Source: Bacteroidia bacterium (GTDB lineage Bacteria > Bacteroidota > Bacteroidia > Bacteroidales > VadinHA17). Taken from it: a DNA stretch of 64,000 bases. The stretch covers positions 96,001 through 160,000 of the forward strand of contig JAPLDX010000056.1 of assembly GCA_026391215.1 (NCBI GenBank), in the 5' to 3' direction. A model generated the notes under the pieces. It made no database searches. It had not been told where the DNA came from and saw only the letters and a list, made by a program, of their open reading frames with translations. The position numbers were made by a program, and so were the translations under genes. This document shows positions 38,892 to 50,585 of the stretch, one piece after another. Position 1 is the stretch's first letter; every line of letters begins with the position of its first letter.

Positions 38892-40544
38892 ATGAAGATA
38901 ACAGTTGCACAGCTGAATTACCATATCGGCAATTTTGACGGTAACAGGGATCTTATTTGCAGCGCCATACGTAAAGCAAAGAGTGAAGGATCCGAACTTA
39001 TAGTTTTCTCGGAACTCTGCGTCCCCGGGTATCCTCCTCTCGATCTGCTTGACCGTCTTGATTTCATAGAAAAATGCAACCGGACTGTTGAAGAAATCTC
39101 AAATGAATGCAAAGGAATAGTGGCAATAGTAGGATCGCCAACTGTCAATAAAAACCCTCAGGGGAAAAAACTTTTCAATTCAGCACTTGTACTGTCTGAA
39201 GGCAGGATAATCTTTTCTGCCAATAAAGCTCTCCTCCCCACTTATGATATCTTTGATGAATACAGGTATTTTGAACCAGGAAAAAGCTTTTCTATATTCC
39301 CTTTCAAGGGATTAAAGCTTGCCGTTACAATTTGTGAGGATCTGTGGGATGAACAATCATTTGATAATGAATTTGAGAAGAAAAGGCTCTATACTTTATC
39401 CCCGATGGAAGAGCTGGTAAAATATGATCCGGATATCATTATAAATATTTCAGCATCACCGTTCTCTTATTCAAAAATTGATTCAAAAGCTGACATTTTC
39501 AAAGCCAAAGCAGCAAAGTATGATATCCCTGTAATCAATGTGAATCAGACAGGCGCAAATTCCGAGCTGATTTTTGATGGAGCCTCCATGATTGTCAGCA
39601 GCAAAGGTGAGATTATCAGAAGATTGCCCTTCTTTGAGGAATCTGTTGAAACAATTTCTTCAGAAGAAATATCTGACGCGGTCATTTCAGAAGGCAAGGG
39701 AAGCCCTGATCACATTGAACTGATCTATAAAGCTCTTGTAACCGGGATCCGTGATTACTTTGCCAAAACAAATTTCAAATCTGCAATACTCGGCCTTTCA
39801 GGCGGTATAGATTCGTCATTATGTCTTTGTCTGGCAGCGGAGGCACTTGGAAATACGAATGTAAGAGCTTTACTGATGCCATCAAGATATTCATCGGAAC
39901 ACTCTGTTAAAGATGCTGTTGCACTTGCTGAAAACCTTGGAATACACTATGACATCATCAACATTGAAAAACCGTTCCGAGCATTTGAGGAAGATCTTGA
40001 ACCCCTGTTCAAAGGGAGGCGGCCTGATGTTACCGAAGAAAATATCCAGGCCAGGATCAGGGCTGTTCTGCTTATGGCAGTATCCAACAAATCAGGCAGC
40101 ATTCTTCTGAATACTTCCAACAAGAGCGAAGCTGCAGTAGGCTATGGTACTCTGTACGGAGATATGGCAGGTGGATTGGCTGTGCTGGGCGATGTCTATA
40201 AAACAGATATATACCGCCTTGCAGATTACGTGAACAGAGACCGGGAAATTATTCCGCTGAATACTATCAGGAAACCGCCTTCCGCTGAGCTGAGACCGGA
40301 TCAGATTGATACGGATTCTCTCCCTGAATATAAGATACTGGACTCAATACTTTACCAGTATATTGAACTTCAGAAGCCTGCGGAAAGGATCTCAGGCGAA
40401 GGTATTGACGCGGCAGCAATTGAAAAGGTCATAAGGATGATAAACAGCAATGAATATAAAAGATACCAGGCCCCTCCAATTCTCAGAATATCATCAAAAT
40501 CCTTCGGCCCCGGAAGGAGAATGCCACTGGTAGCTAAGTACTGA
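38892..40544 (+). CDS. nadE: Glutamine-dependent NAD+ synthetase
   Basis: Nitrilase domain (ICEDLW) plus GLSGGIDS, ENIQARIR, NKSE, PSAELRPDQ. Confidence 0.96.
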   Translation: MKITVAQLNYHIGNFDGNRDLICSAIRKAKSEGSELIVFSELCVPGYPPLDLLDRLDFIEKCNRTVEEISNECKGIVAIVGSPTVNKNPQGKKLFNSALVLSEGRIIFSANKALLPTYDIFDEYRYFEPGKSFSIFPFKGLKLAVTICEDLWDEQSFDNEFEKKRLYTLSPMEELVKYDPDIIINISASPFSYSKIDSKADIFKAKAAKYDIPVINVNQTGANSELIFDGASMIVSSKGEIIRRLPFFEESVETISSEEISDAVISEGKGSPDHIELIYKALVTGIRDYFAKTNFKSAILGLSGGIDSSLCLCLAAEALGNTNVRALLMPSRYSSEHSVKDAVALAENLGIHYDIINIEKPFRAFEEDLEPLFKGRRPDVTEENIQARIRAVLLMAVSNKSGSILLNTSNKSEAAVGYGTLYGDMAGGLAVLGDVYKTDIYRLADYVNRDREIIPLNTIRKPPSAELRPDQIDTDSLPEYKILDSILYQYIELQKPAERISGEGIDAAAIEKVIRMINSNEYKRYQAPPILRISSKSFGPGRRMPLVAKY

Positions 40545-42996
40545 AAAAAACTCTTTTTACCCTGCCGGGGATTGAGGTAAGTATCTCATAAGGGATGGTT
40601 CCGCATTTTTCGGACAGCTCGTCGATCCTGATATTTTCACCGAAGATCTCAGCCTCATCGCCTTCTTCAGCTTTCAGACCGGTAATGTCAGCCATACACA
40701 TATCCATGCATATATTTCCAATTATTGACACCCTGGTTTTTCTGATAAAAAGGGATCCGTTCCTGTTGCCGAGCCTTCTGTTAAGACCATCAGCATAGCC
40801 CACAGGAAAGATGGCAACAGTCCGTTCCATATCTGACACATCAGCACATCCATATCCGACAGGCTCTCCTGCCGGAATCTTCTTTATTTGAGAAATCCTT
40901 GTCTTAAAGCGTCCTGCCGGCTTCAGGTTCAGTCCTTCAAAGCTGCCGACACCATAAATGCCTATGCCCGGCCGTACCATATCAAACTGGTATTTAGGAA
41001 AACGCACGATACCCGAGGAATTGCAGATATGTTTGAGGAACTGGTATCCTGTCGCTGTCCTGATTTTTTCAGCAGCTTCAATGAATATTTCTGCCTGGCG
41101 ATTAGTGAAGCTGTCAAACCGGGGATCGTCGCTCGCGGCAAAATGAGAAAAAACCGATACTATTTTCAGGGATTCAAGAGATCTGATAAGTAATGCCAGC
41201 TCCTCAATATCATCAGGCAGGAAGCCAAGCCTGTGCATCCCGCTGTCGATCTTGATATGGACAGGGTAATGAATCAGTCCGTGTTTAGAGGCAACCTCCG
41301 AAAATTTCTTAAGAGATTCGAAGTTGTATATCTCAGGTTCCAGATCATACCTGATCATTAGTTCTGCCGATGAGCTTTCAGGATTCATTACCATAACAGG
41401 CAGAGTAACTCCTGCATTTCTCAGTTCAACTCCTTCATCGGCATAAGCAACACCGAGATAACTTACACGTTGGAACTCAAGTAATCCTGCAATCTCAGCA
41501 GGACCTGCCCCGTATGCAAAAGCCTTTACCATCGCCATAATGCGCGTTCCGGGATCAAGGTATTGCCTGAATTCGTTGAGGTTATGCACTATAGCATCCA
41601 AATTCACCTCAAGAACAGTCTGATGTACCTGCTGTTCAAGGAGTTTCCCTATTCTTTCGAACTCAAATTTTCGGGCTCCTTTCAGAAGAATTATCTCGCT
41701 ATGGAACTGATCAGGATTAAAGCGATGTACAAATTCATCAGTGGAATAATAGAATACTGCATCTTGTGCAAAAAACGAGCTGTTCCTTGCAAGCGCAGGG
41801 CCGATTCCTATGAATTTGTATAGCCCGTTTTTCTTTACCAGATCCGCCACCCCGCTGTACAACTCCTTTTCGTCCCTTCCGCTTTGAACAAAATCTGAGA
41901 GAATAAGTGTGGCTTTCCTGTTATTCTGCCCCTTCAGGTATTCAATAGCCATTCCAAGAGAGCCAGGATCCGAATTATAATAATCTTCAACAAGCTGGCT
42001 GTTGTTGATGCCTGCTTTAATTTCCATCCTCATGGCTACTGATAACAGGTTGCCCATTCCTTTTTTGATAATCTCCGGATCTTTCCCCATCGACAGACAT
42101 ACTGCTGCGACAGTAATTGCATTTTCCGTTGAAGCCCGGTCATTGAATGGAATAACGAAATCATATGTTTTCCCCTGGTAACTAGTTTCAAGTTTTGTCC
42201 CACTTCCGGGCAATGAACTCTTTTTTACAAAGATTGATGCATGTGCATTTTCACATGACCAATCTATGAGTTTCTTCCCCTTTAGTGACCGGTCATTCAT
42301 TACCAGCTTGTGAATAATTTTTTGGTCACTGCAATAAATTATCATTGAGGCATTTGCAAAAAGCTTAAGCTTCTCCCCTGCTTTTGCGGTGATATCAGGG
42401 AAGCTCTCACTATGGGCATCACCTATATTTGTAATCACCCCTATCTCAGGATCAATAATTTTCCGGAGGTTTTCCATTTCACCGGGCTGTGATATTCCGG
42501 CTTCAAATATTCCGATGGTATACCTGTCATCCAGTTTCAGTATCGACAACGGCACTCCGATTTGGGAATTATAGCTTTTTGGACTTCTAATAACCGCTGC
42601 TGAAAGCCCAAGTATATCTGCAAGCCATTCCTTTACTATAGTTTTCCCTGTACTGCCGGTAACTGCGATTACAGTGGACTTAAATAATTTTCGGTGATAA
42701 GCTGCAAGAAGCTGAAGTGCAGTAACTGTATTTTCCGTCTGAATGAAAGCTGCATCAAGATAAATGCTCATATCTCCCGGCACTCTCTCAACAACAAATA
42801 CCCTGATCCCTTTTTTATAAAGCGAATCAATAAATAAATGCCCGTCATGGTTCTTACCATGTAGTGCAAAGAATGCAAGTCCTTCTGCAACGCTGAACCG
42901 GCGGCTGTCAGTAAGAATATCCGAAACTTCCAGACCAGGATTTATAGTTAGGGTTCCGTTGACTATCCGGGCAATATCTGAAGCAGTATATCTCAT
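40534..42996 (-). CDS. alr: Bifunctional MurF-like ligase / alanine racemase
   Basis: [29 protein letters not shown] (PLP lysine), IPYEILT. Confidence 0.93.
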   Translation of the reverse strand: MRYTASDIARIVNGTLTINPGLEVSDILTDSRRFSVAEGLAFFALHGKNHDGHLFIDSLYKKGIRVFVVERVPGDMSIYLDAAFIQTENTVTALQLLAAYHRKLFKSTVIAVTGSTGKTIVKEWLADILGLSAAVIRSPKSYNSQIGVPLSILKLDDRYTIGIFEAGISQPGEMENLRKIIDPEIGVITNIGDAHSESFPDITAKAGEKLKLFANASMIIYCSDQKIIHKLVMNDRSLKGKKLIDWSCENAHASIFVKKSSLPGSGTKLETSYQGKTYDFVIPFNDRASTENAITVAAVCLSMGKDPEIIKKGMGNLLSVAMRMEIKAGINNSQLVEDYYNSDPGSLGMAIEYLKGQNNRKATLILSDFVQSGRDEKELYSGVADLVKKNGLYKFIGIGPALARNSSFFAQDAVFYYSTDEFVHRFNPDQFHSEIILLKGARKFEFERIGKLLEQQVHQTVLEVNLDAIVHNLNEFRQYLDPGTRIMAMVKAFAYGAGPAEIAGLLEFQRVSYLGVAYADEGVELRNAGVTLPVMVMNPESSSAELMIRYDLEPEIYNFESLKKFSEVASKHGLIHYPVHIKIDSGMHRLGFLPDDIEELALLIRSLESLKIVSVFSHFAASDDPRFDSFTNRQAEIFIEAAEKIRTATGYQFLKHICNSSGIVRFPKYQFDMVRPGIGIYGVGSFEGLNLKPAGRFKTRISQIKKIPAGEPVGYGCADVSDMERTVAIFPVGYADGLNRRLGNRNGSLFIRKTRVSIIGNICMDMCMADITGLKAEEGDEAEIFGENIRIDELSEKCGTIPYEILTSIPGRVKRVFFST

Positions 42997-43580
42997 TTGT
43001 CTTTTCCTATAGATTTATTATAACAAGTTCTGCAGAGCGGTTCATACTTATCCTTTTCACCCAGTACTACAACCTGTTCCTCTGCCGATTTTCTGAATGA
43101 ATACTGGGCAAGGTTGCCGCATCTCATGCATATTGCATGAACTTTGGTGACAAATTCGGCAATAGCAAGAAGACCAGGCATCGGGCCAAAGGGATTCCCC
43201 AGAAAATCCATATCAAGTCCTGCGATTACTATCCTTATACCGTTATCAGCCAGCTTATTACAGACATCGATTATCGTATTGTCAAAAAACTGTGCTTCGT
43301 CAATGCCTACCACATCCACATCTCCGGCCAGCAATAAAATTGCAGAGGCATTGTCTACAGGAGTGGACAATATTGATTTTTCGTCGTGAGAAACTACCCT
43401 TGATTCAGAATATCGATTATCAAGAGACGGTTTGAATATCTCAACTTTCAGACTGGCAAACTGGGCTCTGCGCAATCTGCGTATGAGCTCTTCTGTCTTA
43501 CCGGAGAACATTGAACCGGTAATAACTTCTATTGATCCCCTTTTACCGGTCGCTCTGACTGAATTCTCAAGAAAATCCAT
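42993..43580 (-). CDS. tdk: Thymidine kinase
   Basis: [37 protein letters not shown]. Confidence 0.97.
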   Translation of the reverse strand: MDFLENSVRATGKRGSIEVITGSMFSGKTEELIRRLRRAQFASLKVEIFKPSLDNRYSESRVVSHDEKSILSTPVDNASAILLLAGDVDVVGIDEAQFFDNTIIDVCNKLADNGIRIVIAGLDMDFLGNPFGPMPGLLAIAEFVTKVHAICMRCGNLAQYSFRKSAEEQVVVLGEKDKYEPLCRTCYNKSIGKDK

Positions 43581-43649
43581 TTTTAATTAATCTCTGCTGT
43601 TATGTACCATTTTGTAATTATATCCCGTTTCGACTTGTGGAATATTACT

Positions 43650-43657
43650 TACTTTTG
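43650..43657 (+). promoter_or_regulatory. -7 promoter element
   Basis: TACTTTTG upstream of the 43699 operon. Confidence 0.55.
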
Positions 43658-43698
43658 CAAAATAAGAAAATTGGTTTGTTTTATTAACATTAAAAGAT

Positions 43699-44298
43699 AT
43701 GGATTTCAACGCAACCGTTGATTTAATTCTAAAAGACCTTAATGAAGCACGGGAAATTATTGATGATCTTAAAAATTATCCGGGTGTGCCAGAGCTGCAG
43801 GTCGAACTGGCAAAATCAAAATGCAAGAGTGCAGGGGATGTGATCGCTCTTCTCAAGAAACGTAAGCCATATGAGGAGGTTAGCTCGAAACCTGAGACTC
43901 CACGGACAGCTCCTGTCATTGAAGAGAAAGTGTCCGACAACATCCCGGATAAACCTGCCGGGTCTGCCATTCTTGCTGACACATTCGGCCTTACTGACGG
44001 AATAAATGAGAAGATGGGAAGCATGAGAGCCGATGATAATGTTTCTGAAATCATGAAGGCAAAACCTTTAAGTAATCTCGCTGATGCAATAGGTGTAAAT
44101 GATAAGTTCCTTTTCATCAGGGAACTGTTTAAAGGGAGTCCGGAATCATATAATCAGGCTATTGCCAATCTCGATAGGGCTGTGAGTTTTACTGAAGCGA
44201 GGGAAGTCCTGAGGAGACTTACCGGTGATAAAAAGGAAACTGAAGTTGCAAAACAGCTTCTTGAAATGGTAAAGCGCAAATTCCCCTTTGATGAGTAA
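43699..44298 (+). CDS. Conserved hypothetical protein
   Basis: C-terminal AIGVNDKFLFIRELF helical domain; coupled to rsmI. Confidence 0.75.
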   Translation: MDFNATVDLILKDLNEAREIIDDLKNYPGVPELQVELAKSKCKSAGDVIALLKKRKPYEEVSSKPETPRTAPVIEEKVSDNIPDKPAGSAILADTFGLTDGINEKMGSMRADDNVSEIMKAKPLSNLADAIGVNDKFLFIRELFKGSPESYNQAIANLDRAVSFTEAREVLRRLTGDKKETEVAKQLLEMVKRKFPFDE

Positions 44299-44965
44299 GC
44301 TGATCCTTGTCCCAACTCCAATCGGCAATCTCAAGGATATCACTTACCGGGCTGTAGAAACACTTGAAAATGCTGATCTTATCCTTGCTGAAGATACACG
44401 TCATGCTTCAAAGCTGCTTAACCACTATAACATACGATCTGCGTTGCAGTCACACCATATGTTCAATGAGCATAAGAGTGTGGAATCCATCTGTTCCAGG
44501 ATCCTTTCAGGAACAACAATTGCCCTGATAACTGATGCCGGCACTCCCGGTATTTCTGATCCGGGATTCCTGCTGGTAAGATCATGTCTTGAAAAAGGTA
44601 TCCCCGTTGAAACCCTTCCGGGTCCTACTGCCCTGATACCGGCAATTGTGAATTCCGGACTGCCCTGTGACAGGTTCTGCTTTGAAGGATTTCTCCCTGC
44701 GAAAAAGGGAAGGAATAAAAGGCTTACAGGGCTTGAGGAAGAGACAAGGACAATGGTATTTTATGAATCCCCGTACCGGCTAGTAAAAACTCTTGATGAG
44801 ATGGCTCAGCATTTCAGAAGTGACAGGGAAGCATGTGTCTCAAGAGAGATCAGTAAAATATATGAAGAGAATTTGAGAGGCACATTGTCTTATCTTTCAG
44901 ATCATTACAAGACTAAACCGCCAAAAGGTGAAATAGTGATTGTAGTGGCAGGAAAGAAAGATTAA
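44291..44965 (+). CDS. rsmI: 16S rRNA C1402 2'-O-methyltransferase
   Basis: PTPIGNLKDIT, AEDTR, DAGTPGISDPG, FYESPYR. Confidence 0.96.
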   Translation: MSKLILVPTPIGNLKDITYRAVETLENADLILAEDTRHASKLLNHYNIRSALQSHHMFNEHKSVESICSRILSGTTIALITDAGTPGISDPGFLLVRSCLEKGIPVETLPGPTALIPAIVNSGLPCDRFCFEGFLPAKKGRNKRLTGLEEETRTMVFYESPYRLVKTLDEMAQHFRSDREACVSREISKIYEENLRGTLSYLSDHYKTKPPKGEIVIVVAGKKD

Positions 44966-44977
44966 TCCGACCCTGAG

Positions 44978-47671
44978 ATGAAACGAATTGTACTGCTATT
45001 TACTATTTCACTGGTTGCAACATTCCTTTCGCATGCCCAGGTACTTAAAGGGAGGATCACCAATGAATCGGGTGAAGCAATACAATATGCAACAGTATAT
45101 ATACAGGAGCTTAAGCAGGGAACGACGGCCAATACAAAAGGTGATTATGAGATAAAGCTGCCGGCCGGCAAATACATGGTGACATACCAGAGCCTTGGAT
45201 ATTCTCCTGTTTTCTATGATATTACAATTCCAAGTCAGACAATAACCAGAAATGTAACCCTGCCTCTCCAGTACTATGAAATCCCGGAAGTAAGGATTAC
45301 AGCTTCCGGGGAAGATCCTGCATACGGAATTATGAGAAAAGCCATCGGCATGGCTCCCTATTACCTGAATAACATTAGTTACTATAAAGCAGATGTCTAC
45401 CTTAAAGGGAACCTTATTTTCAATAAGATACCGAAGATAATGCAGAAGGCGATGAAAATGGAATCTTCTGACGAAGATGGATCAACAACCAGTACCAGGA
45501 TCAAAGAGGGTGACGTATTTATAATGGAATCATATAATGAGATTGAATTCACTGCTCCCGATAAATATGTGCAGAAGGTAATTTCTATAAACAGTACTTT
45601 CCCCGACGAGGGTAATGATATATCGCCAATGGATATTATCAATGCCAGCTTTTATCAGCCGTTCATTGCAGATTTAGCTATTTCCCCGCTTTCTCCACAG
45701 GCTTTTTCGCATTATAAATTCAAATACCTGGGAGCAACGCCTCAGGGAAATAACATAATAAATAAAATACAGGTCATCCCAAAAATAAAAAGCCAGCAGC
45801 TCTTTGAAGGTACGATTTATATCATAGAAGATCTCTGGTGTCTTTACAGTGTTGATCTCACAAATGAAAACATAGCCGGAACCATTAATGTCCAGCAATT
45901 ATATATTCCCGTACAGGATGATATATGGATGCCTGTAAGTCATAAATTTAAAGTCAATCTTGAAATTGTTGGTATCAGGGCAGATGCAGGTTACGGCAGT
46001 TCAGTCAAGTATACCGAAGTCAGGCTAAATACTTCACTGAGAAAGCCGGAATCGATAGATGTAGACTATTTCGGGAAACAGGTCTCTCCTCAACCCGTAC
46101 AGGATTTGCCTGTTAACAAAAACCAGGAAAAGATCGGGGAGATCCTGGAAAAGGGTGAACTGACAAACCGTGATATGGTAAAGCTTACCCGACTGATGGA
46201 AGAAGAATCTGAAAATGCTCTGCCCGACAGTATCAGGAACAGTCTGGAGATCAAGGACAATACAATTACCACTGTTGAAAAGGATGCAAATAAGAAAGAC
46301 AGCACCTATTGGGCAGAGATAAGGCCTATCCCCCTCTCCGAAATCGAAATTAAAAGCATCAGGGTACGTGACAGTATAAAACTGGAATCATCCCTTCAGG
46401 AGTTGAAAACCGACACTCTGGTTGCAGGTGAAGAAAAGAAGAAAAGCAAATTCATTAGTACACTTAATGATATCGGATTCGGACATAGATGGTCCGATAC
46501 AACAGGATTCAGCTTTACATTTGGAGGGCTGCTCGACCTTGAAAATATGAGTTTCAATACTGTCGATGGCTTTATTTACGGCATTGATTTCCGACTCTCA
46601 AAGAGCTGGAAGAATAAAACTTCGCTTTCACTCTACCCAAATTTTTGGTATGCTTTCAATCGCGAGAGCCTCATGTGGAGATTAAACGGAAATTATACTT
46701 ATGACAGGAGCAGGCAGAAACAGTTTTTCTTCAGGGCAGGAATGGCAAGCAGGGATATTGGCACAGGGGGAAGCATAAATACTTTAGTAAATTCTGTTTC
46801 GTCATTGTTTTTTGAAGAAAACTACCTTAAACTTTTCGAAAATGATTATGTTGCTGTCGGCCACAGGAGCAGGATCTCAACCGGAATAAATCTTGAAATG
46901 ACTGCCGAATATGACAAAAGAACGGCGCTTGACAATTCAACCTCATTCTCATTCATCAAATCATCGCATGGATATTCAGATAATGTTCCTGATAATTATT
47001 ACCTGTCGGATGAAGCAGATTCAACATATGCATTGCGCGACCAGAAGCATTTTGAATTTGTAACAAATATTACATTTACTCCCAGGCAGAAATACAGAAT
47101 TATTGATAGTACAAAAGTCCCATGGGGTTCTGACTGGCCGACTTTTGTCCTTACATGGAAGCATGGAATAAATGAATTCCCTGAATTATTAAACAGCTAC
47201 AAGCACTTTGATATGATCAGGTTAGAGGCATCCAAACATCATGATCTGGGGGCATTCAGCGAATTCACATGGAGAGTCAGGGCAGGTGGATTCCTGAATA
47301 AGAAGAACCTGACCTTTTATGATTTTTTCCATTATAATGCCCAGCCCCTGCCCGTTCTTCTGGACAATTACGAGGATGCATTCAGGCTTCCTGCATATTA
47401 TTCCCTGAGCTCTCCTGATTTTTACGGTGAAGCCCATATCAAATACACAACACCATACCTGCTGCTAAAATACCTCCCCGGCCTGAGCAAAACACTGATG
47501 CGCGAAAATCTGAGTGTTTCATGGCTCGGTTCAAAATTCCACCACAGCTATACCGAAATAGGTTATAGTATAAGTGAACTGCTCCTCCTGGGCGAACTTG
47601 GTGTTTATGCCGGATTTGAAAACCTAAAGTACAAAAGCATCGGAGTCAGGCTCGTACTGAGGCTGAATTAA
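44978..47671 (+). CDS. DUF5686 / carboxypeptidase-regulatory-like domain outer-membrane protein
   Basis: LKGRITNESGEAIQYATVYI, EDPAYGIMRKAI, ISPLS..AFSHYKF, YWAEIRPIPL. Confidence 0.8.
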   Translation: MKRIVLLFTISLVATFLSHAQVLKGRITNESGEAIQYATVYIQELKQGTTANTKGDYEIKLPAGKYMVTYQSLGYSPVFYDITIPSQTITRNVTLPLQYYEIPEVRITASGEDPAYGIMRKAIGMAPYYLNNISYYKADVYLKGNLIFNKIPKIMQKAMKMESSDEDGSTTSTRIKEGDVFIMESYNEIEFTAPDKYVQKVISINSTFPDEGNDISPMDIINASFYQPFIADLAISPLSPQAFSHYKFKYLGATPQGNNIINKIQVIPKIKSQQLFEGTIYIIEDLWCLYSVDLTNENIAGTINVQQLYIPVQDDIWMPVSHKFKVNLEIVGIRADAGYGSSVKYTEVRLNTSLRKPESIDVDYFGKQVSPQPVQDLPVNKNQEKIGEILEKGELTNRDMVKLTRLMEEESENALPDSIRNSLEIKDNTITTVEKDANKKDSTYWAEIRPIPLSEIEIKSIRVRDSIKLESSLQELKTDTLVAGEEKKKSKFISTLNDIGFGHRWSDTTGFSFTFGGLLDLENMSFNTVDGFIYGIDFRLSKSWKNKTSLSLYPNFWYAFNRESLMWRLNGNYTYDRSRQKQFFFRAGMASRDIGTGGSINTLVNSVSSLFFEENYLKLFENDYVAVGHRSRISTGINLEMTAEYDKRTALDNSTSFSFIKSSHGYSDNVPDNYYLSDEADSTYALRDQKHFEFVTNITFTPRQKYRIIDSTKVPWGSDWPTFVLTWKHGINEFPELLNSYKHFDMIRLEASKHHDLGAFSEFTWRVRAGGFLNKKNLTFYDFFHYNAQPLPVLLDNYEDAFRLPAYYSLSSPDFYGEAHIKYTTPYLLLKYLPGLSKTLMRENLSVSWLGSKFHHSYTEIGYSISELLLLGELGVYAGFENLKYKSIGVRLVLRLN

Positions 47672-47685
47672 GGTTCCTCTTCAGA

Positions 47686-49206
47686 TCATGCAAAGGGAGG
47701 CTCTTCGTGATTGTCAAATTCATTATCGAATTTCCCGCTCACGTTCCGGAGATTATCATGATTCATCTTAGAACCAAGTATTATGCTTTGAGTTCCTCCT
47801 GGTTCAGGGCTGGCGTCCATGTCAAACTCATCAATATCGACAAACTGAGCCTTCTCCTCCCGGAATCTGAGTTTTACATCGTCGACAGGACCGTTACGGT
47901 TTTTCGCGAGGATGATTTCAGCAATACCCTTTGTTGATGATCCGTCGTCAAAAGCCGGTATACCGAATTTTTCCTGGCGGTGAATAAATACGACCATATC
48001 TGCGTCCTGCTCAATAGCGCCTGATTCGCGAAGGTCAGAAAGAAGAGGACGCTTGGTACCGCCTCTCATTTCCACGGACCTGTTTAGCTGGGAAAGTGCA
48101 ATTATAGGCACATTAAGCTCCTTGGCAATACTCTTCAGCGACCGGGATATGTTGCTCACTTCCTGTTCCCGGCTTCCGGCATTCTCAGGACCAGTCATCA
48201 GCTGAAGATAGTCCACAATAACAAGATCCAGCTTATGTTGAGCCATCAGGCGGCGGCATTTTGCCCTGAGCTCAAAAATTGATATTGCCGGAGTATCATC
48301 AATAAATATCGGAGCCTGAACAAGTTTTTTGATCCTGGTATCAAGCTGTTTCCATTCTTCTTCTGAAAGCCGTCCATTCCTGATCTTATCTCCAGGGATA
48401 TCGGTTTCTGCAATTATGAGCCTGTTAACCAGCTGTATAGATGACATTTCACAGGAAAATATTGCGACTTTTTTACCATGATCAATTGACATGTTCCGGG
48501 CCATTGAAAGTGCAAGGGCTGTTTTTCCCATTGACGGACGTGCAGCAATGATTATCAGTTCTGATTTCTGCCATCCTGATGTCAGCCTGTCAAGCCTGGT
48601 AAATCCTGAAGGTATTCCTACCAGCGCATCTTCTCTTTTTCCTGCCTCCTCAATCTCCTTAATTGCTTCCTTGATAACCATATTGATCGGAGAGACTTCT
48701 CTCTTGATGTTGCCCTCTGCAATCTGGAACAATGCGTTTTCAGAGAAATCCAGCAGATCAGTAACATCAATTGAGTCATCAAACGACCTGGTTTGAATCT
48801 CAGATGATACCCTTATCAGCTCACGCTGAATATATTTCTGCGCCACAATCCTGGCATGATAATCAACATTCGCTGCCGAAACAACCTTTGAAGTAAGCTG
48901 CGTAAGATAAACCGGGCCGCCTACACTTTCAAGCTCATGATGATTGCTTAATTCTTCGGTGACAGTATAAAGATCGACAGGATATTCCCTCAATGACAGA
49001 TCTGAGATCGCCTTGAATATTTTCCTATGGGCATCCTTATAAAAACTTTCAGGCTTCAATATATCCAGTATGGTGATCACTGCTTCTTTTTCAAGCATTA
49101 TCGCCCCCAGTACAGCCTCTTCCATATCTATAGCTTGTGGCGGGACCTTTCCGAAATCCGGTAATTGTGTTACGGTCATCCTGCTACCCGTTGTTTGTTT
49201 TGCCAT
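47686..49206 (-). CDS. dnaB: Replicative DNA helicase
   Basis: PPQAIDMEEAVLG, ARPSMGKT, VDYLQLM, LSDLRESGAIEQDAD. Confidence 0.98.
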   Translation of the reverse strand: MAKQTTGSRMTVTQLPDFGKVPPQAIDMEEAVLGAIMLEKEAVITILDILKPESFYKDAHRKIFKAISDLSLREYPVDLYTVTEELSNHHELESVGGPVYLTQLTSKVVSAANVDYHARIVAQKYIQRELIRVSSEIQTRSFDDSIDVTDLLDFSENALFQIAEGNIKREVSPINMVIKEAIKEIEEAGKREDALVGIPSGFTRLDRLTSGWQKSELIIIAARPSMGKTALALSMARNMSIDHGKKVAIFSCEMSSIQLVNRLIIAETDIPGDKIRNGRLSEEEWKQLDTRIKKLVQAPIFIDDTPAISIFELRAKCRRLMAQHKLDLVIVDYLQLMTGPENAGSREQEVSNISRSLKSIAKELNVPIIALSQLNRSVEMRGGTKRPLLSDLRESGAIEQDADMVVFIHRQEKFGIPAFDDGSSTKGIAEIILAKNRNGPVDDVKLRFREEKAQFVDIDEFDMDASPEPGGTQSIILGSKMNHDNLRNVSGKFDNEFDNHEEPPFA

Positions 49207-49413
49207 TTGTTATATTACTGATTTATTGATATTTAAGAGGGGACGAACGTTTTTTCCCCGGCAGTTTCAAAGGTATGAATAAGCCGATTTAATAATAGCA
49301 GCAAACAGCGTTTATTACAAACAACCAGTGTTAAGAACTTGTTGAAAAGCTAAAAGAGATCAGTATTACCCAAATTTCAAATCTAATGGTATTTTTACAT
49401 CAAATGCCGGAAT

Positions 49414-50232
49414 ATGATTTCATTCCCGAAAGCTAAGATAAACCTGGGACTAAGGATCCTGGAAAAGCGTCCTGATAATTTTCATGATATTGAAACTGTC
49501 TTTTATCCTGTCGCTTTATCTGATGCTCTCGAATTTGTTGCATTACCCGGAAAAGTCAATGAGGATGAACTGGTCATTACCGGTATTAACATCCGGACAC
49601 GTCCTGAAAAAAACCTGGTTATCAGGGCGATACGAAGACTAAGAACAATTTATCCTGTTCCTCAACTCAAAATACATCTGCACAAAGCAATACCAACGGG
49701 TGCAGGACTCGGAGGCGGATCTTCGGATGCAGCATGCATTCTGAAAAGCATAAACAAATGTTTCAGGTTTTCAATGACGGACATTGAACTGTTGAATATT
49801 GCACTGGAACTTGGAAGTGATTGTCCGTTCTTTCTGGATCCTGTTCCTTCAGTAGGTACAGGTCGCGGCGAAATATTAAAACATATCTCTCCGGTTCTGG
49901 AGGGATATCATATTGTACTCCTTAATCCGGGCTTCCTTATAAGTACAAAGGAAGCATATCACAACTGTCGTCCGGAGAAGAGGGACATAAGTCTCGAGCA
50001 GCTGATTGGCAGTCCGGTTTCTGCCTGGAAAAAATCGATAATCAATGATTTTGAGGATTTTGTTTTCAAGGTCTATCCGCTGGTCGGCGAACTTAAAAAA
50101 GCCCTGTACAAATCAGGAGCCATTTTCAGTTCAATGACAGGAAGCGGATCAAGTGTATATGGGATCTATGAGGGGAAGCCGAAGATCACGGACAGGTTGA
50201 AAAAGTATCTTATCTATGAAGGGATCCTATGA
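49414..50232 (+). CDS. ispE: 4-diphosphocytidyl-2-C-methyl-D-erythritol kinase
   Basis: AKINLGL, IPTGAGLGGGSSDAA, GSDCPFF, MTGSGS. Confidence 0.96.
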   Translation: MISFPKAKINLGLRILEKRPDNFHDIETVFYPVALSDALEFVALPGKVNEDELVITGINIRTRPEKNLVIRAIRRLRTIYPVPQLKIHLHKAIPTGAGLGGGSSDAACILKSINKCFRFSMTDIELLNIALELGSDCPFFLDPVPSVGTGRGEILKHISPVLEGYHIVLLNPGFLISTKEAYHNCRPEKRDISLEQLIGSPVSAWKKSIINDFEDFVFKVYPLVGELKKALYKSGAIFSSMTGSGSSVYGIYEGKPKITDRLKKYLIYEGIL

Positions 50233-50234
50233 TC

Positions 50235-50552
50235 TTATTCCATCTCGAGCAGAACCATTCCTTTTGATACTTTATCTCCCTTACTCACCAGTATTTTTTT
50301 CACTTTACCGTCCACTTTGCATTTCAGATGATTCTGCATCTTCATTGCATCAAGTATCATAAGGTCATCACCCTTCCTGACTGACTGATCCGGTTTTACA
50401 AGGATATCCAGGACAGTTCCCGGAATAAAGCTCAGTATCAGATGCGGATCGGCTGGCTTATAAGGCTGCCTATTCCTGAATTTACTGCTTAGCCTTGTTT
50501 TATATAAGCCTGTTAGTAAGTTAAGGATCTCCATATTTTCAAACTGCTTCAT
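50235..50552 (-). CDS. Biotin carboxyl carrier protein
   Basis: IPGTVLDILV, AMKM biotinylation motif. Confidence 0.9.
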   Translation of the reverse strand: MKQFENMEILNLLTGLYKTRLSSKFRNRQPYKPADPHLILSFIPGTVLDILVKPDQSVRKGDDLMILDAMKMQNHLKCKVDGKVKKILVSKGDKVSKGMVLLEME

Positions 50553-50585
50553 GCTGATTATTATAATGTTCCTCTCTTCTGAAAA

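Noticed and set aside
40534-42996. MurF-Alr fusion as a novelty
   Set aside because: Well-known standard arrangement in Bacteroidota.
10020-49206. Inteins or introns in recA, uvrA or dnaB
   Set aside because: All have ordinary lengths and continuous motifs.
49207-49413. Possible replication origin near dnaB
   Set aside because: No cluster of convincing DnaA boxes; looks like a plain divergent promoter region.
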